DNA of 64,000 nucleotides from Tubulanus polymorphus (lineage: Eukaryota > Animalia > Nemertea): contig NC_134032.1 in assembly GCF_964204645.1 (NCBI RefSeq), positions 3,744,175 through 3,808,174 on the forward strand, written 5' to 3'. The stretch's first letter is position 1; each line of letters begins with the position of its first letter. A program made the translations under genes and the position numbers. Positions 1-10,013 of this stretch are shown here, piece by piece. The notes below the pieces were generated by a model. It did no database searches, was not told the DNA's origin, and was given only the letters and a program-made list of their open reading frames with translations.

Positions 1-40
1 AAATGAAAATAAATCTAAAATATTATTAATGGATTAAAAT

Positions 41-1129
41 ATGATGAAAAAAGAACAATATTTAAGAGATTTATATTATAACCCAGAAAGTGAAGTTTCA
101 TATTCAAGTGTTTCGGAATTATGGGATAAAATTAAATCTGATAATAGCAATATAAAATATAGTGAATTAAAATCATGGTTACAAAATCAACCCACATATC
201 AAATTCATAAAAAGATGGATAAAAAATATTTAACAAGAAAAGTAATGGTTTCATATATTGACCAACAATGGCAAGCTGATTTAATTGATATGAAAAACTT
301 AGAAGAATATAACAAAGGATATTTTTGGATACTAAATGTTATAGATATATTCAGTAGATACGCATGGAGTATCCCGATTAAAAATAAAACTGGTATAGAA
401 GTTACAAATTCTTTCAAATTAATATTTAAAGAAGCTATTCCAGATAAGATACAATTTGATGAAGGTAAGGAATTTTATAACAAACATTTTAAAAAACTAT
501 TAACTGATAACGATGTAGAATATTTTTCAACACATTCAGATAAAAAAGCATCTGTTATAGAAAGATTTAATAAAACATTGAAAACTAGAATGTGGAAATA
601 TTTCACCGCTAATGAAACATATAAATATATCGATGTGTTAGATGATTTAGTTAAAGGTTATAATAATTCTAAACATAGTTCTATAAATATGAAACCTATA
701 CAAGCTAGAAAAGAAGAAAATTCAGAAATAGTTTGGAATAATTTATATGGAGCATTTGTTACACATGATTTTGGAGAACCTAAATTTAAAATAGGACAAC
801 ATGTTAGAATTTCTAAATATCGAAAAACATTTTATAAAGGTTATACCCCTAATTTTACTGAAGAAATATTTAAAATTAAAAAGATAATATTAACTAAACC
901 ATTTGTTTATAAATTGTTTGATTTAAAAGATGAAGAAATATTAGGTTATTTTTATGAACAAGAATTATCATTAGTACCAAATCCAGATGAAATAGAATAC
1001 AAAATAGAAAAGGTATTGAAAACAAAAACTCTTAAAGGAAAAAAGTATTCTTTGGTGAAATATAAAGGATATGATGATAAATTTAATGAATGGATTTTAT
1101 CTAGTAAAATTAAAAGAATAAATGAATAA
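41..1129 (+). CDS. Polinton retroviral-type (RVE) integrase with C-terminal chromodomain
   Basis: DDE core WQADLIDM...IQFDEGKEF...VIERFNKTLK; chromo-like tail YKIEKVLK...LVKYKGYDDKFNEWI; intact 362 aa. Confidence 0.95.
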   Translation: MMKKEQYLRDLYYNPESEVSYSSVSELWDKIKSDNSNIKYSELKSWLQNQPTYQIHKKMDKKYLTRKVMVSYIDQQWQADLIDMKNLEEYNKGYFWILNVIDIFSRYAWSIPIKNKTGIEVTNSFKLIFKEAIPDKIQFDEGKEFYNKHFKKLLTDNDVEYFSTHSDKKASVIERFNKTLKTRMWKYFTANETYKYIDVLDDLVKGYNNSKHSSINMKPIQARKEENSEIVWNNLYGAFVTHDFGEPKFKIGQHVRISKYRKTFYKGYTPNFTEEIFKIKKIILTKPFVYKLFDLKDEEILGYFYEQELSLVPNPDEIEYKIEKVLKTKTLKGKKYSLVKYKGYDDKFNEWILSSKIKRINE

Positions 1130-1739
1130 AGATTTGTTTATATTTGAACCACATAATATGTTAATAACTGGAGTTACAAATTGTGGTAAAACACACTTCA
1201 TATTATATTTATTAGAAACTATTTATAAAAATCATTTTGATAATATAATATTATTCTGCCCAACTTATGAAATGAATGAAACGTATAATAGAGATATAGT
1301 TTTTAAAGATAAAAAGTTTATTATATTAAATTCTAAAACAGTGAAAGATAATTTAGATAATTGTATAAAAATTGCATTAGATATTTATAAAGGATCTAAT
1401 ACATTATTTATTATCGATGATTGCGCAAATTTACATGATTCAAAAGTTAGAGAAAGTGAGTTATGTTATTTAGCTTTCTCTGGTAGACATTTTGGGATAA
1501 CAACATGGGTTTTAAATCAGAAATATAATTCAATTGTGAAAGATTTTAGAGAGAATATAAGATTTCTAGTTTTATTCTACAACAAAGATAGAAAATCTAT
1601 GCAACAATCATTGGAAGAAAATCAACTTATACCTACTGAATTACATGATGAATATATGAATAAATTAAAGAATAATAAAGGTTCAAAATTACTTCTGAGA
1701 CTACAATTTCCATATGAATATAAATTTATAAAATCCTAA
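1122..1739 (+). CDS. A32/FtsK-like DNA packaging ATPase
   Basis: Walker A GVTNCGKT, Walker B LFIIDD, GRH motif; overlaps the integrase stop; starts at TAAATG. Confidence 0.92.
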   Translation: MNKDLFIFEPHNMLITGVTNCGKTHFILYLLETIYKNHFDNIILFCPTYEMNETYNRDIVFKDKKFIILNSKTVKDNLDNCIKIALDIYKGSNTLFIIDDCANLHDSKVRESELCYLAFSGRHFGITTWVLNQKYNSIVKDFRENIRFLVLFYNKDRKSMQQSLEENQLIPTELHDEYMNKLKNNKGSKLLLRLQFPYEYKFIKS

Positions 1740-1747
1740 TTCAAAAT

Positions 1748-2114
1748 ATTATAGAATTCACTGTATATTGATGGATGAGTGGATGAATTGGATGAATTGG
1801 ATGAGTGGATGAATGGATGAGTGTAATAATATATAATTTACATATGTTTTTTATTTTTAAAACAGTAAGAGTTTGATTTGAAGTTATTTTATCAATTTTA
1901 TATTATATTTAAATATTATTTTAATAATATATATATTGTGTTAAATTTAATAAAGAATATAAATATTATATTTATACTCATACTATTCTTCCAATTTATG
2001 TGTTAAAAAGTAAAATATATATATTATTACACTCATCCACTCTTCCACTCATCCAATTCATCCAACTCATCCAACTCATCCATTCATCCATCAATATACA
2101 GTGAATTCTATAAT
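1748..2114. repeat. Internal inverted-repeat module with TGGATGA(A/G)(T) iterons around an AT-rich spacer
   Basis: ATTATAGAATTCACTGTATATTGATGGATGA... (1748-1841) is the reverse complement of 2010-2114. It lies between the stops of the two convergent gene blocks. Confidence 0.9.
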
Positions 2115-2118
2115 CTTT

Positions 2119-3186
2119 TTAATTTTCATTTTCATATTTTTCTTTAAGCTTATTGTATTCTAAATATATATCCCTTTGCATTTTCATTGGTATAGGTCCT
2201 AAATGATTCCCGAGTTTATATTTCCTGAATGTTTCTCTTGAAAATATTTTTGGAATATAATTTTCGATTTCAGTTTTAGATGGATGTTTATTTAAAAATT
2301 CTCTAAAATCATCATATTTAAGTTCAAATAAGTTCATTGCATAACTTACATTTGGTTTAAAGTTATCTAACTTTTTCAATATGGTAATTATATCATTACT
2401 CAAGAAATAATCTATAAATGTTTTTCTATACCACCGATAATCTGATATATTCTTTTTATTAAATTTTGGATTTATAACTGTTGGATTTTCTATTACATTA
2501 TCTGTACCAATATGTTTAATTGAGTATTTATGATTCAATTGTTTATCATATATTACATATTCTTTACATTTTTCACACCAAGATTTAAATACTTGTATTG
2601 CATGGGCTGAATCATTTCCACCTTTTGTTTTTAATTTATAACGTTTTGCCCAATTAGCCTTTGTTATACATTCATTACAGAAGGCACAATAATTCTGATC
2701 CTCTTTGCATTTATCTTTATATATATTGGCATATGTTTTTACTAATTGTAAAATATGTTCATCTTTTTTGATGTGTAATAAATAATCATTGTAATTATCA
2801 AAATCTTCTTCACAATACATACATCTGATGTTATCTTTTGGTTGAACATTTGATTTTTCTATTTTAGGTTCAATATTATATTCTATTTTTGTTTCAATCT
2901 TATCATCATTCGATGTAGAAGGTATAACATTATCTTCTATTTTTGTTTCAATATTATTATCTATTTTTGTTTCAATATTATCTTCTATTTTTGTTTCAAT
3001 ATTATCTTCTATTTTTGTTTCAATATTATTATTACGTTCAATTAAATATTCTTTGTATTGATTTAATTCATTTAATAAAAATGTTCCAATATATTCATTT
3101 ATTCTTTTATAAGGTATTACATAATACAAATCATCATTGATTTCTTTATCAGCTTTGATTCTTTCATATACTTTACCTCCTTCCAT
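2119..3186 (-). CDS. Zinc-finger protein with KIEDNIET repeats, function unknown
   Basis: CMYC...HIKKDEH C2H2-like motif plus CAFC and CEKC...H motifs; intact 355 aa ORF starting at TAAATG. Confidence 0.75.
   Translation of the reverse strand: MEGGKVYERIKADKEINDDLYYVIPYKRINEYIGTFLLNELNQYKEYLIERNNNIETKIEDNIETKIEDNIETKIDNNIETKIEDNVIPSTSNDDKIETKIEYNIEPKIEKSNVQPKDNIRCMYCEEDFDNYNDYLLHIKKDEHILQLVKTYANIYKDKCKEDQNYCAFCNECITKANWAKRYKLKTKGGNDSAHAIQVFKSWCEKCKEYVIYDKQLNHKYSIKHIGTDNVIENPTVINPKFNKKNISDYRWYRKTFIDYFLSNDIITILKKLDNFKPNVSYAMNLFELKYDDFREFLNKHPSKTEIENYIPKIFSRETFRKYKLGNHLGPIPMKMQRDIYLEYNKLKEKYENEN
2882..3030. repeat. 24-bp coding tandem repeat
   Basis: Repeated TCTATTTTTGTTTCAATATTATCT units encode IETKIEDN in the minus-strand ORF. 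Confidence 0.85.
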
Positions 3187-3218
3187 TTATTATATATATT
3201 TTTATTAAAGTTAAAATT

Positions 3219-4466
3219 TTAATACATAACACTATCTAATTGTGAATTTACAATATTTAATTGCGCGTCAGATATAATATAAATGTGCATTTTAAAATTT
3301 TTGATTCCTTTATTCTTTGTCATGAATAATTGTATTCCATCTTTAGTGTTCTGTAGTTTTTTTCCAGAACCATGTAATAAGTTATCTTCAGTTGTTCTAA
3401 AATCTAACCATAATGCATATTTATTACCGGTATAATAATCAATTTGATTAATGTTACAATTTTCAAATGATTTTACTTTTTCATTCATAAAATGTTTTTT
3501 AATTTCTACCCATTGATCTATCATTCTCATTCCTTGACAAAATATTTTATTCGCTATTCCTTCGATAGTTATTTCTACTTTTGTTATTTCAGGATTATAA
3601 TAATTATCAACATTTATTGCGCCATTAGTATACGTTCCAATGGTAAAAAATATTAATATACCTTTAATAGATCTTCTAGGAAAGTTAATATTCTCATTAA
3701 TTATTTCATCATTTGCATTAATAGTTACAGTTTTAAATTTATCAATATAATCATATAATAATGAAAATCCTTGATTGTATTGAGTTTGAATTATACTTGA
3801 AATATTTTCATCAGTTACTGTATCATATTCTAAACATATATTCGATAATTTATAACTCATATCTTTATTAACGCTAGATAATACAATTTCATTTACAGGA
3901 GCAAATGTTATCTCAAATATAATATCTTCTTGAATTGCGTATTTATATAAAGGTGCATTATTATTTATCAATTCAAAGTCTAATGGAAGTTTATATTTGC
4001 TTCCATATATACTTTTTATCAATTTATCTACATCATTAGTTTATATTGCGCTATTAGCTTCTGATCTTAATTTATTTTGGTTTTCTGATTGAATTCCTTG
4101 AAATATCATATTATTTCTATTTTCTTTAGTTAACGATAAATCTTTATAATGTGAAAATAAATTATAATCATCTAATGAGAAAACTGTTTCTGGACCAATC
4201 TTTATTGTTAACTTTTTAATCAAATATCTTCCAACATTATCAACGACATAATTATTATTATTACCGATTACTTTTATATCAGCTGATAAATAAATACTAT
4301 TTGGAACGTAAAAAGTATTTTGTGTTAATCGAGGGATTCTAACGTATAAAGTTTCATCGGGATTAATATTTGAAGGGTTATGAGTAATTATATGATGTAA
4401 TCTTTCTGCTTTAATAGCATTAGATATTCTAGAAATCTTCGAAGGACTTATATAACTCCCACTCAT
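3219..4466 (-). pseudogene. Double jelly-roll major capsid protein interrupted by one in-frame stop
   Basis: ORFs 4041-4466 and 3219-4022 are in the same frame (TAA at 4041-4043, then six sense codons), about 415 aa joined. Motifs THNPS, VGRYLIKKL, PLDFE and LSNICLEYD match my recollection of invertebrate Polinton capsids; not searched. Confidence 0.8.
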
Positions 4467-4487
4467 TTATTTAACAAAAAAAATTAA

Positions 4488-5947
4488 TTATTTATTTTTT
4501 ATCATATTCACTAACCCAAAAATAATAGCACTTACAACTGTAATTAAAAATAAAATAATATGTTCAGCAGCAAAGTTAATAATGTTTCCTGCAGATTTCA
4601 ATATAAAACCAACAATTGAAGCAATAACTCCTGGCAATGCTGCAGCAGATTTTTTAGATAGTTCCCATAAATATTTTGCTAATTTCTTTAAACCATCTTT
4701 AACTTTATCTTGTATAGAATTATTGCCTGGAGGTTTATCTGGTTTATTTGGAGAAGGAGTAGATTTTAAAGCATTTGATATTGCTAAACCAATTGTTGTA
4801 AATAACATAGTTACAGCTGTTAGAATTGAAAGAACTGTTATTCCTTCAAACTTAAATAATAATTTTATTCTATCTTTCAATGATATGTCAGAATTTGGTT
4901 TTAGTATTAACTCTTTAACAACAACTTTTAATCTATTAATACAATAATCATATGATTTTAATAATAATTTCATTTTTTCTTTCTGAAATTCTATGTTATA
5001 TTCTAAATCATCAATTTATTTTTCTAAATATGCATTTCTTTTTTTAAATTCAATTTCTTCAATAACTTTAAATTCTCTATCTAATTTTAATTGTTCTAAT
5101 TCTTTTCTGGTGTCAAATAATTTATTTTCTAAAGGTTTAATTTTATTATATCTAATATGTTTTTCGCGAGCAATTTTATCGGCATCATTTCGTATACTTA
5201 TTATTTCTCTAATTGTTTTTTTAGAAAACATACTTAAAGCTTCTATTTCTTGATCTGTTGCATCAAGTAATCCATTCGGTAAAAGTTTTTCAGTTTGAAC
5301 TTCAGTGTTTGATTTAAGTTTACTAGTTTTGGAAGTTATATTCTGTTCAGAAGTTGTTTCTGTTTCTGGATTATCTTTGATTGTTTCAAATAATTTATTA
5401 ATTCTTTGTTTAAATACTCTTTCATTTTTAATAATTTCTTCTTGTGTTACATCTTCTATTTCATTACTATTACTTATTCTTTTAATTCTAGATAGTAATG
5501 AGTCAGACTTAAGCAAAGTTGATTTTGCTAATATTTTTTCTCCTTTTTTATAAGAGATATCAATATAATAATCATCTTTCAAATGATAATAATATTCACC
5601 ATCTAAAGATTTTAATTCTTTTACTAAAAGTCTGGCGCCTCTGGCATTTATATTATATCCAGAATCTTTAAATACACGTTGAAAATCATACATAAATTCA
5701 ATATTTTCTAAATTTTGTCTTGATAAACCTTGATTTTCATTTTCAGGAATTCAAATTCAAATTCATCTGTTGATGGGGCTTTAGAACCACTATCTGCTAA
5801 ATTAGAATTATATGCTGATTCATCATCATTATCAATATTAGTTTCATTAAGATTAGCGCCTGCATCATTATAATCATCATCAATATATCCTTCATTATTA
5901 TTTCCCATTTCTCCCATTTCATAATCTTCTCCACCTTCTACATCCAT
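4488..5947 (-). pseudogene. Acidic/coiled-coil protein with C-terminal hydrophobic and amphipathic helices, broken by a frameshift and a nonsense codon
   Basis: Three ORF-track pieces join via a 1-bp frameshift near 5750 (DEFEFE/IPENENQ) and an in-frame TAA at 5016-5018; C-terminus LPGVIASIVGFILK...ILFLITVVSAIIFGLV. Confidence 0.75.
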
Positions 5948-5963
5948 TTACATAATAAAAAAA

Positions 5964-7352
5964 TTAAAATTTAAAATATAATATTCCTCCGATTACAATT
6001 CCTATACAAGTTATAGCTAATTTAGTATTTTCATGGGATTTATTATCATCATTTAGTTTAATTATATCATGTTGAATTTTATCAGTTTTTATATTTTCTG
6101 ATGTATTGTAATCTTTTATTTTGGAATCATTAACCAATTTAATATTCTTAGTTTTAGTTTCAGTTGATTGAATATGTTTTTTATTTTTTTCACCTTCCAT
6201 TAATTTTGGAGCAGTAATAATCTTTTTATTTATATCATTTAATCCAAATGAATTATTTATTGTCGCAGTTTTAATTAGATTATTATAACCAATTATATTT
6301 CCCATCTTCAATACTAAATCATTAGAAATAATTAATAGATTAGGGCCTATACAATAATTAAGTCTTACATGAGATTCATCTAAATAATTTTGATATCTTA
6401 TAATGTTTTCTGGAATCGATCTATTTTTATCATTATGTATGGAATCTTCAAATAAAACTTTAAATTGTTTTTGTGTATCGAATGATGTATTCAAATTTCC
6501 AATTATCGGTGATCTTGTTTCAACTTGCGCACCTAAAATACAAATTAAATAAGTTCTAATAGATTGATTTATTCTTTCTATACCTGATTTAGTAAAACCT
6601 TCACTATTTTCTAAAATAAAATATACCCAACCATTATTGTTTTCTTGTTTTAAATTATCATAAAATTTCGGTAATTTATTGAAATTTAATGTTTCTAAAT
6701 CCTTTGTTTCTATTTTACCATAACCTAATTTATTATTATAGATATTATAAAAACTATTAGATGGTATGGGAAGTGCACAATATTCTGCAATCTTTTTAGG
6801 GCAAGGAAGTGATCTTATTGTTCCAATTTTTGTTCTAAAATCAGAATTATTTATATCTATATTAAATTCATTGCAAATTTTATAAAACTTAGATAAATTA
6901 ATATTATTATCTAATTCTTTGAAATACCTAGATCCTGGTAAAGCGCACTCTAATTCATTTAATATTATTCTGATTTGAAAGTATGTATGAAATCTAAAAA
7001 AACTTTGAATTAATTTATATTTAGAATTATTCAAATGATCATTCCAACTAATTCCACATCCTGTTGTTGCACAATAAACAGCAAAATTTAATTGATTCTG
7101 CCAATACTTCATATTAGATTTTAATAACCATTGTTTTTCATCTTTCAATTTTTTAAAATTAATTAAATATATATGAAATATATTTTCCATCTTTGCATTA
7201 AAATTATTAGTTTCAGTAACATAAATTTCTAAATTAGTTAATGAATCTAAAACTTCATTTCTATATGTAATATCTTTATTAAAATCTATTGCTGGAATAT
7301 TATATTTGATTGATTTATTATATTGGAAAGCTTTTGGAAAACTATCTACCAT
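5964..7352 (-). CDS. Polinton-associated protein of unknown function with C-terminal TM helix
   Basis: Intact 462 aa; WQNQLNFAVYCATTGCGIS motif; terminal LAITCIGIVIGGILYF. Confidence 0.8.
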   Translation of the reverse strand: MVDSFPKAFQYNKSIKYNIPAIDFNKDITYRNEVLDSLTNLEIYVTETNNFNAKMENIFHIYLINFKKLKDEKQWLLKSNMKYWQNQLNFAVYCATTGCGISWNDHLNNSKYKLIQSFFRFHTYFQIRIILNELECALPGSRYFKELDNNINLSKFYKICNEFNIDINNSDFRTKIGTIRSLPCPKKIAEYCALPIPSNSFYNIYNNKLGYGKIETKDLETLNFNKLPKFYDNLKQENNNGWVYFILENSEGFTKSGIERINQSIRTYLICILGAQVETRSPIIGNLNTSFDTQKQFKVLFEDSIHNDKNRSIPENIIRYQNYLDESHVRLNYCIGPNLLIISNDLVLKMGNIIGYNNLIKTATINNSFGLNDINKKIITAPKLMEGEKNKKHIQSTETKTKNIKLVNDSKIKDYNTSENIKTDKIQHDIIKLNDDNKSHENTKLAITCIGIVIGGILYFKF

Positions 7353-7368
7353 TTATATAATTAAAAAA

Positions 7369-7802
7369 TTAATAATTAACTAATTCTTTTAATAATTTAT
7401 CTTGTTCTTCAACTGTTATATGACCATTTAAACTTATTATATAATCTAGTGTGTTCTTTAATTCATTTATTTCTTTTATATTAGTTTTAATTTTTTCTTT
7501 ATTACTTTTTATATTTAATTTTGAACTTATACCGGTTAAACACTTGAACTTAATCCTAATACACCAATTGATATAGCTAAAGGTGTTAATGGACTGAATA
7601 TTGCTAAAAATGTTATTACAGAACTAATTGTAACCGAACCACTAATAATAAGATAATATATAATTTTACTTTTTAGATATTTTTTCTTTTTAACTTTTAA
7701 GTCACTTTCAAATTCTAATATTTGTTTTTCTAAATATGTTTTTAATTTAGTTTTATTTATATCATGAGGAATAATATCAATACTATCAACTTTATCTTCC
7801 AT
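7369..7802 (-). pseudogene. Two-TM plus coiled-coil protein with a 1-bp frameshift
   Basis: The ORF stops at 7536 in GTTTAA; adding one T continues it as LTGISSKLNIK...KELVNY to a stop at 7369-7371, filling the gap to the next gene. Confidence 0.7.
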
Positions 7803-7821
7803 TTATTTAGAATAAAAATTA

Positions 7822-8244
7822 CTAATTAGTAAACTTATAAGCAACAAATATAACAATAACTGTTCCACCTAAAATCCAAATTATTTCATATTTCTGTTGT
7901 TCTTTACTTGGGGTATAATAATCTGATAATTTAGGTTTGTATAGATGTAATTTTTCTTTATTTGTTACTGCGTTATATAAACTCATTGCATCATCAACTG
8001 ATTGAAAATCTCTATGTGAAATCTTCTGATCATATAATTCTTTATTGATGTAATCCATATAGTTTTGTCTCTTTTCTCTATATTCTTCTGCAGCTTTATT
8101 GTATTTCTCTAACGCTAAGTTATGTCTTCTTTGTTCTCCTAATGAACTATTTGTATCAATATGTTTAAATAAATAACCACCACCAGTAAATGCTAAAGCG
8201 TTAACAATTGCCGATCCTATAATAGTTATAATTGCAGAAGCCAT
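7822..8244 (-). CDS. Small membrane protein, putative virion component
   Basis: Hydrophobic N-terminus (MASAIITIIGSAIVNALAFTGGGYLF), RRHNLALE helix, C-terminal TM segment. Confidence 0.8.
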   Translation of the reverse strand: MASAIITIIGSAIVNALAFTGGGYLFKHIDTNSSLGEQRRHNLALEKYNKAAEEYREKRQNYMDYINKELYDQKISHRDFQSVDDAMSLYNAVTNKEKLHLYKPKLSDYYTPSKEQQKYEIIWILGGTVIVIFVAYKFTN

Positions 8245-8269
8245 TTATTTAGCAAAAAAAATTATGTAT

Positions 8270-8491
8270 TTATATGGGAGGAATATATTTTTGTTTTTCT
8301 AAATAATCAATAGTTAAATTAGATAAAGTAACTGCTAATGTTAATTTTAGAATATCATTGATATCAAATCTATCAACATTAACACTTCCCATTTTGAATA
8401 CTTTTTTTAATACCATTGAATAACCAACCGTTCCAACTGATAGTAAGGCACCATTATATAATCCAGTTATTATCCACTTATTATCACTCAT
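8270..8491 (-). CDS. Small hydrophobic protein
   Basis: 73 aa with two hydrophobic segments; TAAATG start; tightly packed with neighbours. Confidence 0.75.
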   Translation of the reverse strand: MSDNKWIITGLYNGALLSVGTVGYSMVLKKVFKMGSVNVDRFDINDILKLTLAVTLSNLTIDYLEKQKYIPPI

Positions 8492-8851
8492 TTATTTATC
8501 AAAAAAATTACTATCATCAAAATATTTAGTTAACTTATTTATGATTAATTCAACATTTATTTCATTACTAGTTTTATGATTATCATATATTTTGGATAAT
8601 ATGTTTTTGATATCATCGATGATAAAATCTTCATCTAATTCATAAAATCTTAAAGATTCTCTAATTAAATTAGTAATCTTTTCTACATTTAAAGTTTCTT
8701 TATCAATTGTTGTTTCATACTCAAATGTTGTTTCATTAGAAAATGTAATATTTTTGATATGTGTAATTACATCATTCATGTTAAATGTCATTTCTTTCTC
8801 ACGTTTAAAATCAAATCCAAAACATATACTCGGTCCAACAGTTATATTCAT
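8492..8851 (-). CDS. Hypothetical protein
   Basis: 119 aa; TAAATG start; its stop abuts the next ATG. Confidence 0.7.
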   Translation of the reverse strand: MNITVGPSICFGFDFKREKEMTFNMNDVITHIKNITFSNETTFEYETTIDKETLNVEKITNLIRESLRFYELDEDFIIDDIKNILSKIYDNHKTSNEINVELIINKLTKYFDDSNFFDK

Positions 8852-8867
8852 TTATATAAGTGAAAAA

Positions 8868-9626
8868 TTACTCTCTACATCTTATTACTAATTCATAAAT
8901 TACAGGAAAGTTATTCAAATCAATTAAATATCCATTATGATTTCTTATTTCTAATCTAAAATTATTAAAATGAGGAATGCATGGTTTGAAATCACATTCT
9001 GTTAAATTATAATTTATTTGCGTTCCAAATTCTTTAACATTTTTTAATGGTAAAATATTTAATATACTAGAATTACATGTTGTATCTTTAGTTGCTTCAA
9101 ATGTTTTTGTTGGGTCAATTAAATTGCAATAAATATAAAAATGTGTAAAAGGTATTATATTTGAAATACCGTCTACGTTTACTGTAACAACATCTGGTTC
9201 AATTCCTAGCAATTTAGCTATAGGTTTTTTTACCATAAATGCATGTTGACTTTCATCAAATACCTTTATTTTAATTCTATTTGAGCTATCACTTTTTATA
9301 AATCTTATTAAAAGTTTATCATCTTTTCTAATTTTCAACCGTGCTCTACGATTAATTTCTTGAGATAATGTTTCTAAATTATATAATCCTGGTCTTAGAA
9401 ATAGATGAAACCATTTATTTATATTTCTAATATGAATTAAAAAAGTATTATGTTCAATAGTTTTATTCGATATATTATAAAAAGAATTACATAAACTTAT
9501 ATTTACTAATTTTAAATCTACACAATTCTTGAATTCTCTATCTAATTGTACTAATAAATTATGAGATTTATAATTTGTAAGTTTTCTAGAATCAACAAAT
9601 ATTCTGTATTCTTTTAATTCTACCAT
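8868..9626 (-). CDS. Minor capsid protein (penton, single jelly-roll)
   Basis: IFVDS...NSFYNIS...PGLY...YIYCNLI...LEIRNHNGYLIDLNNFPVIYEL follows the Polinton/virophage penton pattern. Confidence 0.8.
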   Translation of the reverse strand: MVELKEYRIFVDSRKLTNYKSHNLLVQLDREFKNCVDLKLVNISLCNSFYNISNKTIEHNTFLIHIRNINKWFHLFLRPGLYNLETLSQEINRRARLKIRKDDKLLIRFIKSDSSNRIKIKVFDESQHAFMVKKPIAKLLGIEPDVVTVNVDGISNIIPFTHFYIYCNLIDPTKTFEATKDTTCNSSILNILPLKNVKEFGTQINYNLTECDFKPCIPHFNNFRLEIRNHNGYLIDLNNFPVIYELVIRCRE

Positions 9627-9643
9627 TTATTTTACATATTTTC

Positions 9644-9985
9644 TTATTCGAAATCTATTTCATGGTGCCCTTTTTCATTCTTACCTTTATATATGAAATA
9701 GAAATCTCCAGAACATAATTCTTCTAAATCTTCACTTGATAATCTATGAAATCTATCTGGTAAATAAGTTCTGAATTTATATTTATTTCCTTTTAATCCT
9801 TCATATTCTAAATGAATTACTAATTTATCTCCATAGTTATTAGTAACTGTAACAATATTTGTAATTAGATATTTCTTATGGATTGTTAATTCTGTTAACT
9901 TTTTGAATTTATAATCTACAGATTTTACATTTGTTATATCTTTAATTCTATCTAAGAATTCACTGTGTACTTGTTTACTCTCCAT
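9644..9985 (-). CDS. Small beta-rich protein beside PolB, possible OB-fold ssDNA-binding protein
   Basis: 113 aa; KKLTEL...YGDKLVIHL...YLPDRF; function inferred from position and pattern only. Confidence 0.55.
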   Translation of the reverse strand: MESKQVHSEFLDRIKDITNVKSVDYKFKKLTELTIHKKYLITNIVTVTNNYGDKLVIHLEYEGLKGNKYKFRTYLPDRFHRLSSEDLEELCSGDFYFIYKGKNEKGHHEIDFE

Positions 9986-10013
9986 TTATTATACAAATTT
10001 TTATTGAAATTGA

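Noticed and set aside
4041-4043. Stop-codon readthrough or alternative genetic code for the in-frame TAA in the capsid gene (and at 5016)
   Set aside because: TAA is the normal stop for most genes here, and frameshifts also occur, so decay is the simpler explanation
4582-5553. Plus-strand ORFs 4582-4947, 4993-5253, 5305-5553 (also 2943-3140 and 10487-10669)
   Set aside because: Antisense shadows of real minus-strand genes
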